This document shows positions 36,601 to 48,600 of a DNA stretch of 64,000 nt, piece by piece. The first letter of the stretch is position 1. Every line of letters begins with the position of its first letter. This DNA is from Cyanophora paradoxa CCMP329 (Eukaryota > Plantae > Glaucophyta), in assembly GCA_004431415.1 (NCBI GenBank), contig QPMI01000107.1, positions 85,814 through 149,813 of the forward strand. The letters are read 5' to 3'. The notes under the pieces were generated by a model. The model was not told the origin of the DNA, made no database searches, and worked only from the letters and a program-made list of their open reading frames with translations. The translations under genes were made by a program, and so were the position numbers.

Positions 36601-39600
36601 GCGACCGTCGTCCACTCACTCCCCGCCGCGCTGGACATCGCCCGGGAGATCCGCACCCCCGTCACATTCACCACGGGGTCGAGCGTCGGCAGCGCGACCT
36701 CCAACCACACCGCCGTCGCGTTGACGGCAGTCGTCGTGAGGGTCGGCTGCGGCGAGTCGTCCGTCGTCACCGACGCCGTGTCCGAGTCCTGCGAGGGGCC
36801 CACCCACGAGGTCGCAATCGCCCAGCACGAGTACGTCGTGCTCGGCTGCAGGGACACGAGGACCTCCTCCGCCAGGCCCATCCGCTCGATGGCCACCGTG
36901 CGCGCCGTGTTCGTGTCATTGCAGGTCAGCTGGTAGTTGTCGGCGAGCACGTTGCTCGCGTCGTGCTCGATTTCGATGTGAACCTTGATGGTGTTCGAGT
37001 CCACCATCGTCATCGTCACGACGGGGCCTTCGGCGGCAGCGTCACCGCCACGTCGCCCACCTCGCTTCTCGTGCCCCCTTGGCCCTCGAACACGCACTTC
37101 CACACGTACGCCGTCGCCCAGTCCACCTTGTAGCCCGTCGCGCCGTCTTCACTCGAAACGACGAACTGCGCGCCCGAGACGGTGAAGGTGACCGCCGACG
37201 CGTTGGCCCAGCAGACCGTCCTCACGACGACGCTCTCGAGCCCCAGCGGCAGGGAAACGTTCACCGTCACCGACGGGTAGTTCGTGCTCGCGTGGATGAC
37301 CGGCACAGGCGCAGGCAGGGCGGTCCAGAGCTCCTTCTTCGCCGACTCTGGCGACGTGACGCGCACCCCGCCATTGTCGACCGTCAGCAGCGCCGTGTAG
37401 TTGTACGCGCGGCCCTCGGCCAGGCCGGTGTCGTTGAATCGGAGACAGCAGCGGCTCGCATCGTCAAGGCGATGGCACGGCCCGCAGCTCGACGGCGAGA
37501 GCGGGATCGTCACGATCGGGCTGGAGCCGGCGCCGTCGCGGTAGAGCTCCGTCCCGTTGCTCTTCTCCCAGCCCACAGGGAGCTCAATCTCCACGCTGAT
37601 GGTCGAGGTCGTCGCCCGGTACGGGCCCTTGACGACCAGCGGTGCTTCTGGTGGCGTCGTCACGTTGAAGTGCGCGCGCTCGCTCGTCAGCCCCTCCTGG
37701 CCAATGTAGTGCGCCGTGTACGTGTACAAAGTCGCGGGCCTCGCCCCTGTGTCCACGCACGTGGCCGTGCCGCCCACCCCGCCCAACCATCCGATCGGGT
37801 TCGGCGCCGAGCAGCTGAAGCTGAAGCTGTCGCGCGACACCACCAAGCCGGTGACGGAGCTGTTCGCCACCGACGGCGCCATGTGCAGGCTGACAGTGAC
37901 CGCACTGGAGCCCGTCACCGTGGCCGAATTCAGGCTGAACGCCGGCGGCGACGGCGCGGTCCACGCCCCGTCCGCATCGCTCAGATCCGAGTCCTTCCCG
38001 GCGATCCCGTCCGGCTCGCCGGACGTCGTGTAGTCCGCCTTGTACCAGTACTGCGTCCCCGCCACGCGAGCCGTGTCGGTGTACACGTAGTCACCCTCCG
38101 GCTCCGGCTTGCTGTTGATCTCCGCGATCTCCTGGTACGTCCCGTCGACCGACGGCGCGCGGTAGATGCGAATCGTCACTGCCGCCGCCTGCTCCGGCAC
38201 CGGGCGGTCCACCACCAGCGTGATCGCCGACGTGTTGCGGTCGATGCCCGTCGCCGTGATCTTGGGTCTGGCGGCGATGTCCGTCTCCGCCAGTGCCGAC
38301 CCGTTCGGGGAGTTCGTGTACAGCGTGAACAGCGTCGCCTGGTAGTAGTAGAGCAGGCCAGGGGCGAGCTCGTCGTCGATGAACTCGTACGTGTTCAACG
38401 TGCTGACTGCGCCCTGCGAGCCAACGAGCGAGCCGTTGCGATACAGGTCGATCCGCTTGATGACCGGCAGGAGGTCCTCGGCCGGGCTGGTCTGCATCTC
38501 CGGGTCCGCAGGCTCGTTCCTGTACACCACCTGGACCTTCACCGCCGTCGCGTTCGGGTAGGCCGGCTCGAAGCTCACATACAGCTTCGGCGCTGCCGGG
38601 CTCGCCTGCGTCACCTGGAGGACGTCCGAGGTCGGCGAGTTCAGCCCCGTCGTAGTGTAGTACGCCGTGATGTTCGACGTCGTCGCCGGCTCCAGGCCCG
38701 TGAGCATTATGCAGTCCTCGAACTCGTCCTCCTTGGGGATGGAGAACGTGTTGGGGGTGCTTGTCGGAAGGTACAGGCGGGAGAACTCCGTCGTCTTGAT
38801 CTCAGCGTGGCTGAGGTTTCGCGGGTACGTCACACAGATCTTCGCGGTCGTCGCGGTGACCAGCGTGTACGAGATGGTCGGCTTCACCACCAGCAGCGCC
38901 GTCACGTGGAGCGGATCCGAGATCAGGCCCCTCTCATTGCGCTCCAAGCCGTTGTAGAAGACCAAGCCCTCGTACTGTGCCGTGTACTCGTACGTGATGC
39001 CGGGGTTGATGGCCCCGGTGCCATCAACGCACGACGCGAGCCAGTTGTCCGACGCCTCGCTGCACACTCGCGACGAGTTGCGCAACAGGAACGTCTCGGA
39101 GACGCGGAGCTTGTTCAGGTCGGTCTCCGCGAGGTCCACCCTCAGGTCGAATTCCGTCTTGTAGCCCAGGGACAGCTGGGGCGCCGGCGGGCCGGTGCGG
39201 GCCTGCTTTGATTCGCTCTCCTTCGAGTCCGCAGGCGTCAGGTACACCGCCTTGTACCAGTAATCCGTCTGGTGCGCGCGGCCCGCGTCCACGTGGCGGT
39301 ACACCCCATCGCTGTCCGCCGTCGGGACCATCGCGACCGTCGTCCACTCACTCCCCGCCGCGCTGGACATCGCCCGGGAGATCCGCACCCCCGTCACATT
39401 CACCACGGGGTCGAGCGTCGGCAGCTCGACCTCCAACCACACCGCCGTCGCGTTGACGGCAGTCGTCGTGAGGGTCGGCCGCGGCGAGTCGTCCGTCGTC
39501 GCCGACGCCGTGTTCGAGTCCTGCGAGTCGCCCGCCGACGACGTCGTCTTCGCCCAGCACGAGTACGTGGTGCTCGGCTGCAGGGCAGTGATGGTCACCG

Positions 39601-42600
39601 TTGACGGCCCAGTCAGCTCGATGTCCATCGTGCGCGCCGTGCTCGTGTCGTTGCAGGTCAGTCGGTAGTCGGTGGAGAGCTGCTTGCTTCGGATGTGATT
39701 CAGGATGTCGACTGTGACGGTGATGTTGTTCGAGTCCGCCATCGCCATGGTCACAACGGGGGCCTTCGGCGGCAGTGTGACCGTGACTGCTCCTGATGCA
39801 CTGGTCGTGCCTCCCTTTCCATCAAAAACACACGTGTATGAGTAGACTCCCATGTAGTCCACAGTGGTCTTTGTCTCCACAATAACTTCATCCAACACTA
39901 TTGCATGTGTTGTTGTTTGCATGGTGACTTCGTCTGTGCGAGTACAGCGTGTTGCGGTTACCACGTCCCTTGTGTAGTCACTTGGCAGAGGGACACTGAT
40001 GTTTACAGAAGGGTCGGCTGATTTGCTAGCCACATAGGGAGTGGGAGCGTCGACAGCGGTCCAGGCAATAATGCTGACTGATGGCTCTGATTCTACGATC
40101 ACTCCCCCGGTCCTAACAGAGCGTCGCATTGCTGCTCCAAGCATTGTCGGCATAATGAGCTTCGCGTAATACTCGTATGGTGTCCCTGGAAGGAGATCAG
40201 TGTTAGTCCAGTCTCGTAACCGGGGCGGAGTCCCGTCCCAATAGGAAGCCTCAGTTCCATTTCGGAACAACTCGGTACGGATGGCAAGGTCTGCATCTGC
40301 TGTTGTGGTGATCGTGACATTAATCGACGTGTTTGTCGAGAACCTGCCCTGACTGGAGACAGTCGGCCGGAGGGCAGAGGTCACAACCCAGATGTAGTTT
40401 GACAGCGACGATGACTGAGCATCGGTAAGAGAATCTGTCACGTAGATCGCATGATACGTGTAATTGACGCCGGCAAGCACATCGGTGTCGATGAAGACGC
40501 CCTCGAGGAGACCCAGCGAAAAGATGAGCTTGTCGTCATGCCTGCCATCCGCAGTCCAGGCAGGCGACCGAGTGAGCTTGACTTGCGTTGCTCCGTCCAC
40601 GCTGCAGGAATCGGCGGACACACACTTCGGCTCGGCAACATTGATCAAGATCGTGGACTTGTTCGCAGCGACCAGGTCAAGGACGGGGGGGGAGGGAATG
40701 GTGCGCCCAATCGCCGCGTCGCTCATCAACGAGTCAGCGCCTGCAGAACCATCCTCCTGGCTTATCGTCGTAAAGTCCGCTGTGAACTCATACAGCTTGC
40801 CGGGCTGCAGATTGCTGACCCTAAAGGTGACCGACGATGCACCACTCAACTTCGTCTTTGTGTCAATGAACGTCTCTGACAGGTTTGCGCAGTACAGACG
40901 GACGACGACCACCTGGACCTTGCTGGATCCGCTGGGCGGAATATTCACGACAGTCACGTTCAGTTCACTTGTGCTCACTGTTGTTACTGACTCAATTCTC
41001 GGCGCTGGCGCCTGGTCTGTCTTCAGTGGCAAATCGGCCGAGAAGCTCGAGTTGATAAGCGCCGTCTCGACGAGCGCCTTGTACGAGTACGTCCCGTTCG
41101 GTCGCAGGCCGTAGTCAGTGAAGTCGTACCAGTCATCAACCGAGTTCTTATCCGTGATGTTGCTGCGATCCACACGTTCAAGGAAAGTGCCGTCTCGGTA
41201 AACGAGGATGCCCGTGATCCAGCGCATCAGATTCACGTCGCCATCTTTGGGCATGGTGATACGGAAGCTGAGCGCTGTCGACTTCTCCGGTGGATCCACG
41301 ACCAGGAGCGAAAGCCGTGGAGCGTCAGGAGCGGGATGCGTCACAGTCAACGGCTCCGATAGGTCCGAGTCTGCGCCGGCAGTCTTAAACACCGCGACGT
41401 ACGTTTCCGTCGATCCCGGGGCCCGGCCGTTGTCCGAACTATACGGCGCGTACAGCGGCGACACTGTCGGCTGGTCCCCAGTCCCGTTGCGAGTGATGAC
41501 CGTTTCAGTGATCACTCCCTTCATCTCCGTGTCTGCAGGATACTCGATGTTGATCTTGAGGCTCGTGGGCGTGAGCGTATCGTACGTCAAGACAGGCGGG
41601 ATGGGAATAGCTGTTGCAAGGGTGATAGGTTGTGACGAGGCGCTTTTCCGGTCCTTGTGGTACCAGCTTGTCTTCACACCAACGAATTCAGCTGTGTACG
41701 TGTAATTCTTGCCAGGCACGACGTCGGTGTCGTCGCACGACGTGAGGAGTCCGACCGCTTCACAGACGGGCTCGTTGGTACCCTTGTCGCTGCGGTACAC
41801 GTACGTGTGGTTCACGGCGCGAACCGACCCATCTGGGCAAGCGATGCTGAGGAAGACGGTTGTCACTGTGGGCGGCTTCCCCGCAGTCTGCGTCACGACG
41901 GGTGCAGTGGGCGCCGTCCACTCAAAGAGCGACGTGCTGTTCTCCGAAGTCTCAACCGGGCCTCCGGGCGTCATGTAGTAAGCGATGTACTCGTACAGCT
42001 GGCCAGGCTCGAGCCCAGTGTCCTCGAAGTAGCGAGCTGAATCTTCCAAGCGCGAAATCTCCGTTCCGTTCCGGATGATAACGATCTCCTGAACATCTAT
42101 GTCGGCAGACTCGGGCAGCGTGAACGCAAAGCCAAGAGTACTGTTGCTGATCTTGTCGGCGTACTGCAACGAAGGAGCTTCAGCTGGAGGAGTGAGAGCG
42201 GCGCCAGGCTGGGACCAGTCAGACGGCCCAACATCGGACTGCAGCTGCGCCTGGAAGGAGTACAGTGAATCGGCCAGCACTGGAACGTCCAGCGTCGTGT
42301 GGTACAGCGTCACGTTGAGCACGTCCGACTTCGCAAGGATGAAGGTGGTTGAAGTCCCGTTCTCGACGTGCGTGAAGCTGATTAGGACGCTCGTCATGAG
42401 CTCACGGCTGGCGAGGTCATCCACCGTAACCGACAGCTCGATCGTCGTCTCGTTGAGCGCCCTTCCGCTGATCTTTGGCGTAGACGGGCGCGCAGTGACG
42501 CATCGCGGAATCGACTCAGCACTGATCGTGTCGCCGACATCGCCGCCGGCATCAGTGCCGCCATCGCCCCGGAAGTTGCAGGTGTAGCAGTACGTGGATG

Positions 42601-45600
42601 CCCACACGAGCCCGTTCTTGTAGTCATGCAGCGTGGTGTTCCCGGTGCTTCCGCGGTACATGGTGTCGAGCACAGTCGACGAATTCCGCCGACACTCGGT
42701 CGCTTCGATGGGATCATTGTTCGCTGGGTAGGGAACGGTGAAAGTGAAGGACGGGGCCGTCGTGTTCACAACGTGAGTCAGAGCAGGGGCCACAGCCGCC
42801 GTCCAAAGAATCGCGGGTTCTGACGTCTCTGAGACAACGCGAACCGATGCAGTGCCCGTGGTGTACAGCGATGTGTACGTGTACTCATGGGCATTGGAGC
42901 AATCCGCGTCGGTCCACTGAGACACCCCGGCGGCGAGAATCGCAACGGGGTCGCTGCCCTTGTCGGAGCGATAGATCTCGGTGCCGTTCGCGCCAGCGAC
43001 GTCGTTCGCATCCATTGAAGAAGACTCGATGCGGATCGTCAGCGACGACGAGTTGTAGGCCTGACGGTAGATCTTGGGCTTTGAAGGAGCGCTGGTGACG
43101 ATAATAACGTTCGACACAGCGGAAGACTCCGCGTCCGTGAGGGCATCCGTCACAAAGATCGCGTGGTACGTGTACACACGCCCAGGAACCACATCGGTGT
43201 CGATGAAGACGCCCTCGAGGAGACCCAGCGAAAAGATGAGCTTGTCGTCATGCCTGCCATCCGCAGTCCAGGCAGGCGACCGAGTGAGCTTGACTTGCGT
43301 TGCTCCGTCCACGCTGCAGGAATCGGCGGACACACACTTCGGCTCGGCAACATTGATCAAGATCGTGGACTTGTTCGCAGCGACCAGGTCAAGGACGGGG
43401 GGGGAGGGAATGGTGCGCCCAATCGCCGCGTCGCTCATCAACGAGTCAGCGCCTGCAGAACCATCCTCCTGGCTTATCGTCGTAAAGTCCGCTGTGAACT
43501 CATACAGCTTGCCGGGCTGCAGATTGCTGACCCTAAAGGTGACCGACGATGCACCACTCAACTTCGTCTTTGTGTCAATGAACGTCTCTGACAGGTTTGC
43601 GCAGTACAGACGGACGACGACCACCTGGACCTTGCTGGATCCGCTGGGCGGAATATTCACGACAGTCACGTTCAGTTCACTTGTGCTCACTGTTGTTACT
43701 GACTCAATTCTCGGCGCTGGCGCCTGGTCTGTCTTCAGTGGCAAATCGGCCGAGAAGCTCGAGTTGATAAGCGCCGTCTCGACGAGCGCCTTGTACGAGT
43801 ACGTCCCGTTCGGTCGCAGGCCGTAGTCAGTGAAGTCGTACCAGTCATCAACCGAGTTCTTATCCGTGATGTTGCTGCGATCCACACGTTCAAGGAAAGT
43901 GCCGTCTCGGTAAACGAGGATGCCCGTGATCCAGCGCATCAGATTCACGTCGCCATCTTTGGGCATGGTGATACGGAAGCTGAGCGCTGTCGATTTCTCC
44001 GGTGGATCCACGACCAGGAGCGAAAGCCGTGGAGCGTCAGGAGCGGGATGCGTCACAGTCAACGGCTCCGATAGGTCCGAATCTGCGCCGGCAGTCTTAA
44101 ACACCGCGACGTACGTTTCCGTCGATCCCGGGGCCCGGCCGTTGTCCGAGCTATACGGCGCGTACAGCGGCGACACTGTCGGCTGGTCCCCAGTCCCGTT
44201 GCGAGTGATGACCGTGTTGGTGATCTCCTGAAGATTTTCATCCGTGGGATACTCGATGTTGATCCTCACACTTGTGGGCGTGAGTGTATCGTGTGTCAGG
44301 ACGGGCCTTGGTGGCCGACCCACAACGACGCTCGGGAGGGACGCTTCGGCGCTGTACGAATTCTCCATATTCGTGCTTCTCAGGACTGTGTTGGTTATGC
44401 CTTCACCCTCGTACTTGACCATGTACGAGTAAGTGTGCCCAGGGAGGACAGAATCATCAACACACTGCTTAACTGAGTCTACACCTGAGCAAAGTGCAAG
44501 CGGCGTCACGCTCCCATCACGATAGACGTGCGTGTGCACGATTTTATCCTCGGTGAGCGGCCCACTGGTGAGATCAGGGGAGGCAATGCTGAAAGTGACG
44601 TTGGTCGAGCCGTTGGAGATCAATGTCAGCACCGGGGCCGTCGGCGCAGTGCGCCCATTCTTCGGATCGCTCGGCTTCGAGGGCTCGCCTTGCGTCGTGT
44701 AAATCACCGAGTACGTGTACAATGTCTGTGAAACCAATCCAACGTCCGTGAATGTGTATTTCGTTGTCGTCGATGTCGCCGACACTGAAGAATCCGCAGA
44801 GAGGTTACCCGTCAGTTGCTCAGCGCGGAAAACCAGAACTCTGTTGACTTGTACACCTTCGGTAACTGGAACAAAAAGCTCCATGAAGATCGCCGTGCTG
44901 TTCACATCCACTACAGTCACTGCTGGCCTATCAGCAGGCCAGGTCTGTGCCACTGTAGGATCACCATTGCTGCCCGTGTTATCGGAGTCGGATGGTTGCG
45001 ACTTGCCCACCGTCGAGTTGAGAACTGCATTGCACGCAATGACCTCGCCGGGCTTCAATCCCGTGAGCACGTAAGTGTAAGACGCGACCGTGTCAGAAGC
45101 AGGAATGATGACAGGGCTGTACTCCGCAGCAGTACCGTTGCAAATCAGAATGACTTGATCCGATAAATTTTGGCTCGGTCCATGAGGTATACCAATAGTG
45201 ACCTCGACGCTTGTCTGATTCAACACGTTCATGTCGAGGGTTGGGGCCTTCGGCGGCAGCGTCACCGCCACGTCGCCCACCTCGCTTCTCGTGCCCCCTT
45301 GGCCCTCGAACACGCACTTCCACACGTACGCCGTCGCCCAGTCCACCTTGTAGCCCGTCGCGCCATCTTCACTCGAAACGACGTACTGCGCGCCCGAGAC
45401 GGTGAAGGTGACCGCCGACGCGTTGGCCCAGCAGACCGTCCTCACGACGACGCTCTCGAGCCCCAGCGGCAGGGAAACGTTCACCGTCACCGACGGGTAG
45501 TTCGTGTTCGCGTGGATGACCGGCACAGGCGCAGGCAGGGCGGTCCAGAGCTCCTTCTTCGCCGACTCCGGCGACGTGACGCGCACCCCGCCATTGTCGA

Positions 45601-48600
45601 CCGTCAGCAGCGCCGTGTAGTTGTACGCGCGGCCCTCGGCCAGGCCGGTGTCGTTGAATCGGAGACAGCATCCGCTGAGAGACGCATTGCGAATGCACGG
45701 CCCGCAGCTCGACGGCGAGAGCGGGATCGTCACGATCGGGCTGGAGCCGGCGCCGTCGCGGTAGAGCTCCGTCCCGTTGCTCTTCTCCCACCCCACAGGG
45801 AGCTCAATCTCCACGCTGATGGTCGAGGTCGTCGCCCGGTACGGGCCCTTGACGACCAGCGGTGCTTCTGGTGGCGTCGTCACGTTGAAGTGCGCGCACT
45901 CGCTCGTCAGCCCCTCCTGGCCAATGTAGTGCGCCGTGTACGTGTACAAAGTCGCGGGCCTCGCCCCTGCGTCCACGCACGTGGCCGTGCCGCCCACCCC
46001 GCCCAACCATCCGATCGGGCTCGGCGCCGAGCAGCTGAAGCTGAAGCTGTCGCGAGACACCACCAAGCCGGTGACGGAGCTGTTCGCCACCGACGGCGCC
46101 ATGTGCAGGCTGACAGTGACTGCGCTGGAGCCCGTCACCGTGGCCGAGTTCAGGCTGAACGCCGGCGGCGACGGCGCGGTCCACGCCCCGTCCGCATCGC
46201 TCAGATCCGAGTCCTTCCCGGCGATCCCGTCCGGCTCGCCGGACGTCGTGTAGTCCGCCTTGTACCAGTACTGCGTCCCCGCCACGCGAGCCGTGTCGGT
46301 GTACACGTAGTGGCCCTCCGGCTCCGGCTTGCTGTTGATCTCCGCAATCTCCTGGTACGTCCCGTCGACCGACGGCGCGCGGTAGATGCGGATCGTCACT
46401 GCCGCCGCCTGCTCCGGCACCGGGCGGTCCACCACCAGCGTGATCGCCGACGTGTTGCGGTCGATGCCCGTCGCCGTGATCTTGGGCTTGGCGGCGATGT
46501 CCGTCTCCGCCAGTGCCGAGCCGTTCGGCGAGTTCGTGTACAGCGTGAACAGCGTCGCCTGGTAGTAGTAGAGCAGGCCAGGGGCGAGCTCGTCGTCGAT
46601 GAACTCGTACGTGTCCAACGTGCTGACTGCGCCCTGCGAGCCAACGAGCGAGCCGTTGCGGTACAGGTCGATCCGCTTGATGACCGGCAGGAGGTCCTCG
46701 GCCGGGTCAGTCTGCATCTCCGGATCCGCCGGCTCGGTCGGGTACACCACCTGGACCTTCACCGCCGTCGCGTTCGGGTAGGCCGGCTCGAAGCTCACAT
46801 ACAGCTTCGGCGCTGCCGGGCTCGCCTGCGTCACCTGGAGGACGTCCGAGGTCGGCGAGTTCAGCCCCGTCGTAGTGTAGTACGCCGTGATGTTCGACGT
46901 CGTCGCCGGCTCCAGGCCCGTGAGCGTTATGCAGTCCTCGAACTCGTCCTCCTTGGGGATGGAGAACGTGTTGGGGGTGCTTGTCGGAAGGTACAGGCGG
47001 GAGAACTCCGTCGTCTTAATCTCAGCGTGGCTGAGGTTTCGCGGGTACGTCACGCAGATCTTCGCGGTCGTCGCGGTGACCAGCGTGTACGAGATGGTCG
47101 GCTTTACCACCAGCAGCGCCGTCACGTGGAGCGGATCCGAGATCAGGCCCCTCTCATTGCGCTCCAAGCCGTTGTAGAAGACCAAGCCCTCGTACTGCGC
47201 CGTGTACTCGTACGTGATGCCGGGGTTGATGGCCCCGGTGCCGTCAACGCACGACGCGAGCCAGTTGTCCGACGCCTCGCTGCACACTCGCGACGAGTTG
47301 CGCAACAGGAACGTCTCGGAGACGCGGAGCTTGTTGAGGTCGGTCTCCGCGAGGTCCACCCTCAGGTCGAATTCCGTCTTGTAGCCCAGGACAGCTGGGG
47401 CGCCGGCGGGCCGGTGCGGGCCTGCTTCGATTCGCTCTCCTTCGAGTCCGCAGGCGTCAGGTACACCGCCTTGTACCAGTAATCCGTCTGGTGCGCGCGG
47501 CCCGTGTCCACGTGGCGGTACACTCCGTCGCTGTCCGCCGTCGGGACCGTCGCGACCGTCGTCCACTCACTCCCCGCCGCGCTGGACATCGCCCGGGAGA
47601 TCCGCACCCCCGCCACATTCACCACGGGGTCGAGCGTCGGCAGCTCGACATCCAACCACACCGCCGTCGCGTTGACGGCAGTCGTCGTGAGGGTCGGCTG
47701 CGGCGAGTCGTCCGTTGTCGCCGACGCGAGTTCGAGTCCTGCGAGGGGCCCACCCACGAGGTCGCAATCGCCCAGCACGAGTACGTCGTGGTCGGCTGCA
47801 GGGACACGAGGACCTCCTCCGCCAGGCCCATCCGCTCGATGGCCACCGTGCGCGCCGTGTTCGTGTCATTGCAGGTCAGCTGGTAGTTGTCGGCGAGCGC
47901 GTTGCTCGCGTCGTGCTCAATTTCGATGTGAACCTTGATGGTGTTCGAGTCCACCATCGTCATCGTCACGACGGGGGCCTTCGGCGGCAGCGTCACCGCC
48001 ACGTCGCCCACCTCGCTTCTCGTGCCCCCTTGGCCCTCGAACACGCACTTCCACACGTACGCCGTCGCCCAGTCCACCTTGTAGCCCGTCGCGCCGTTTT
48101 CACTCGAAACGACGAACTGCGCGCCCGAGACGGTGAAGGTGACCGCCGACGCGTTGGCCCAGCAGACCGTCCTCACGACGACGCTCTCGAGCCCCAGCGG
48201 CAGGGAAACGTTCACCGTCACCGACGGGTAGTTCGTGTTCGCGTGGGTGACCGGCACAGGCGCAGGCAGGGCGGTCCAGAGCTCCTTCTTCGCCGACTCC
48301 GGCGACGTGACGCGCACCCCGCCATTGTCGACCGTCAGCAGCGCCGTGTAGTTGTACGCGCGGCCCTCGGCCAGGCCGGTGTCGTTGAATCGGAGACAGC
48401 ATCCGCTGAGAGATGCATTGCGAATGCACGGCCCGCAGCTCGACGGCGAGAGCGGGATCGTCACGATCGGGCTGGAGCCGGCGCCGTCGCGGTAGAGCTC
48501 CGTCCCGTTGCTCTTCTCCCACCCCACAGGGAGCTCAATCTCCACGCTGAGGGTCGAGGTCGTCGCCCGGTACGGGCCCTTGACGACCAGCGGTGCTTCT

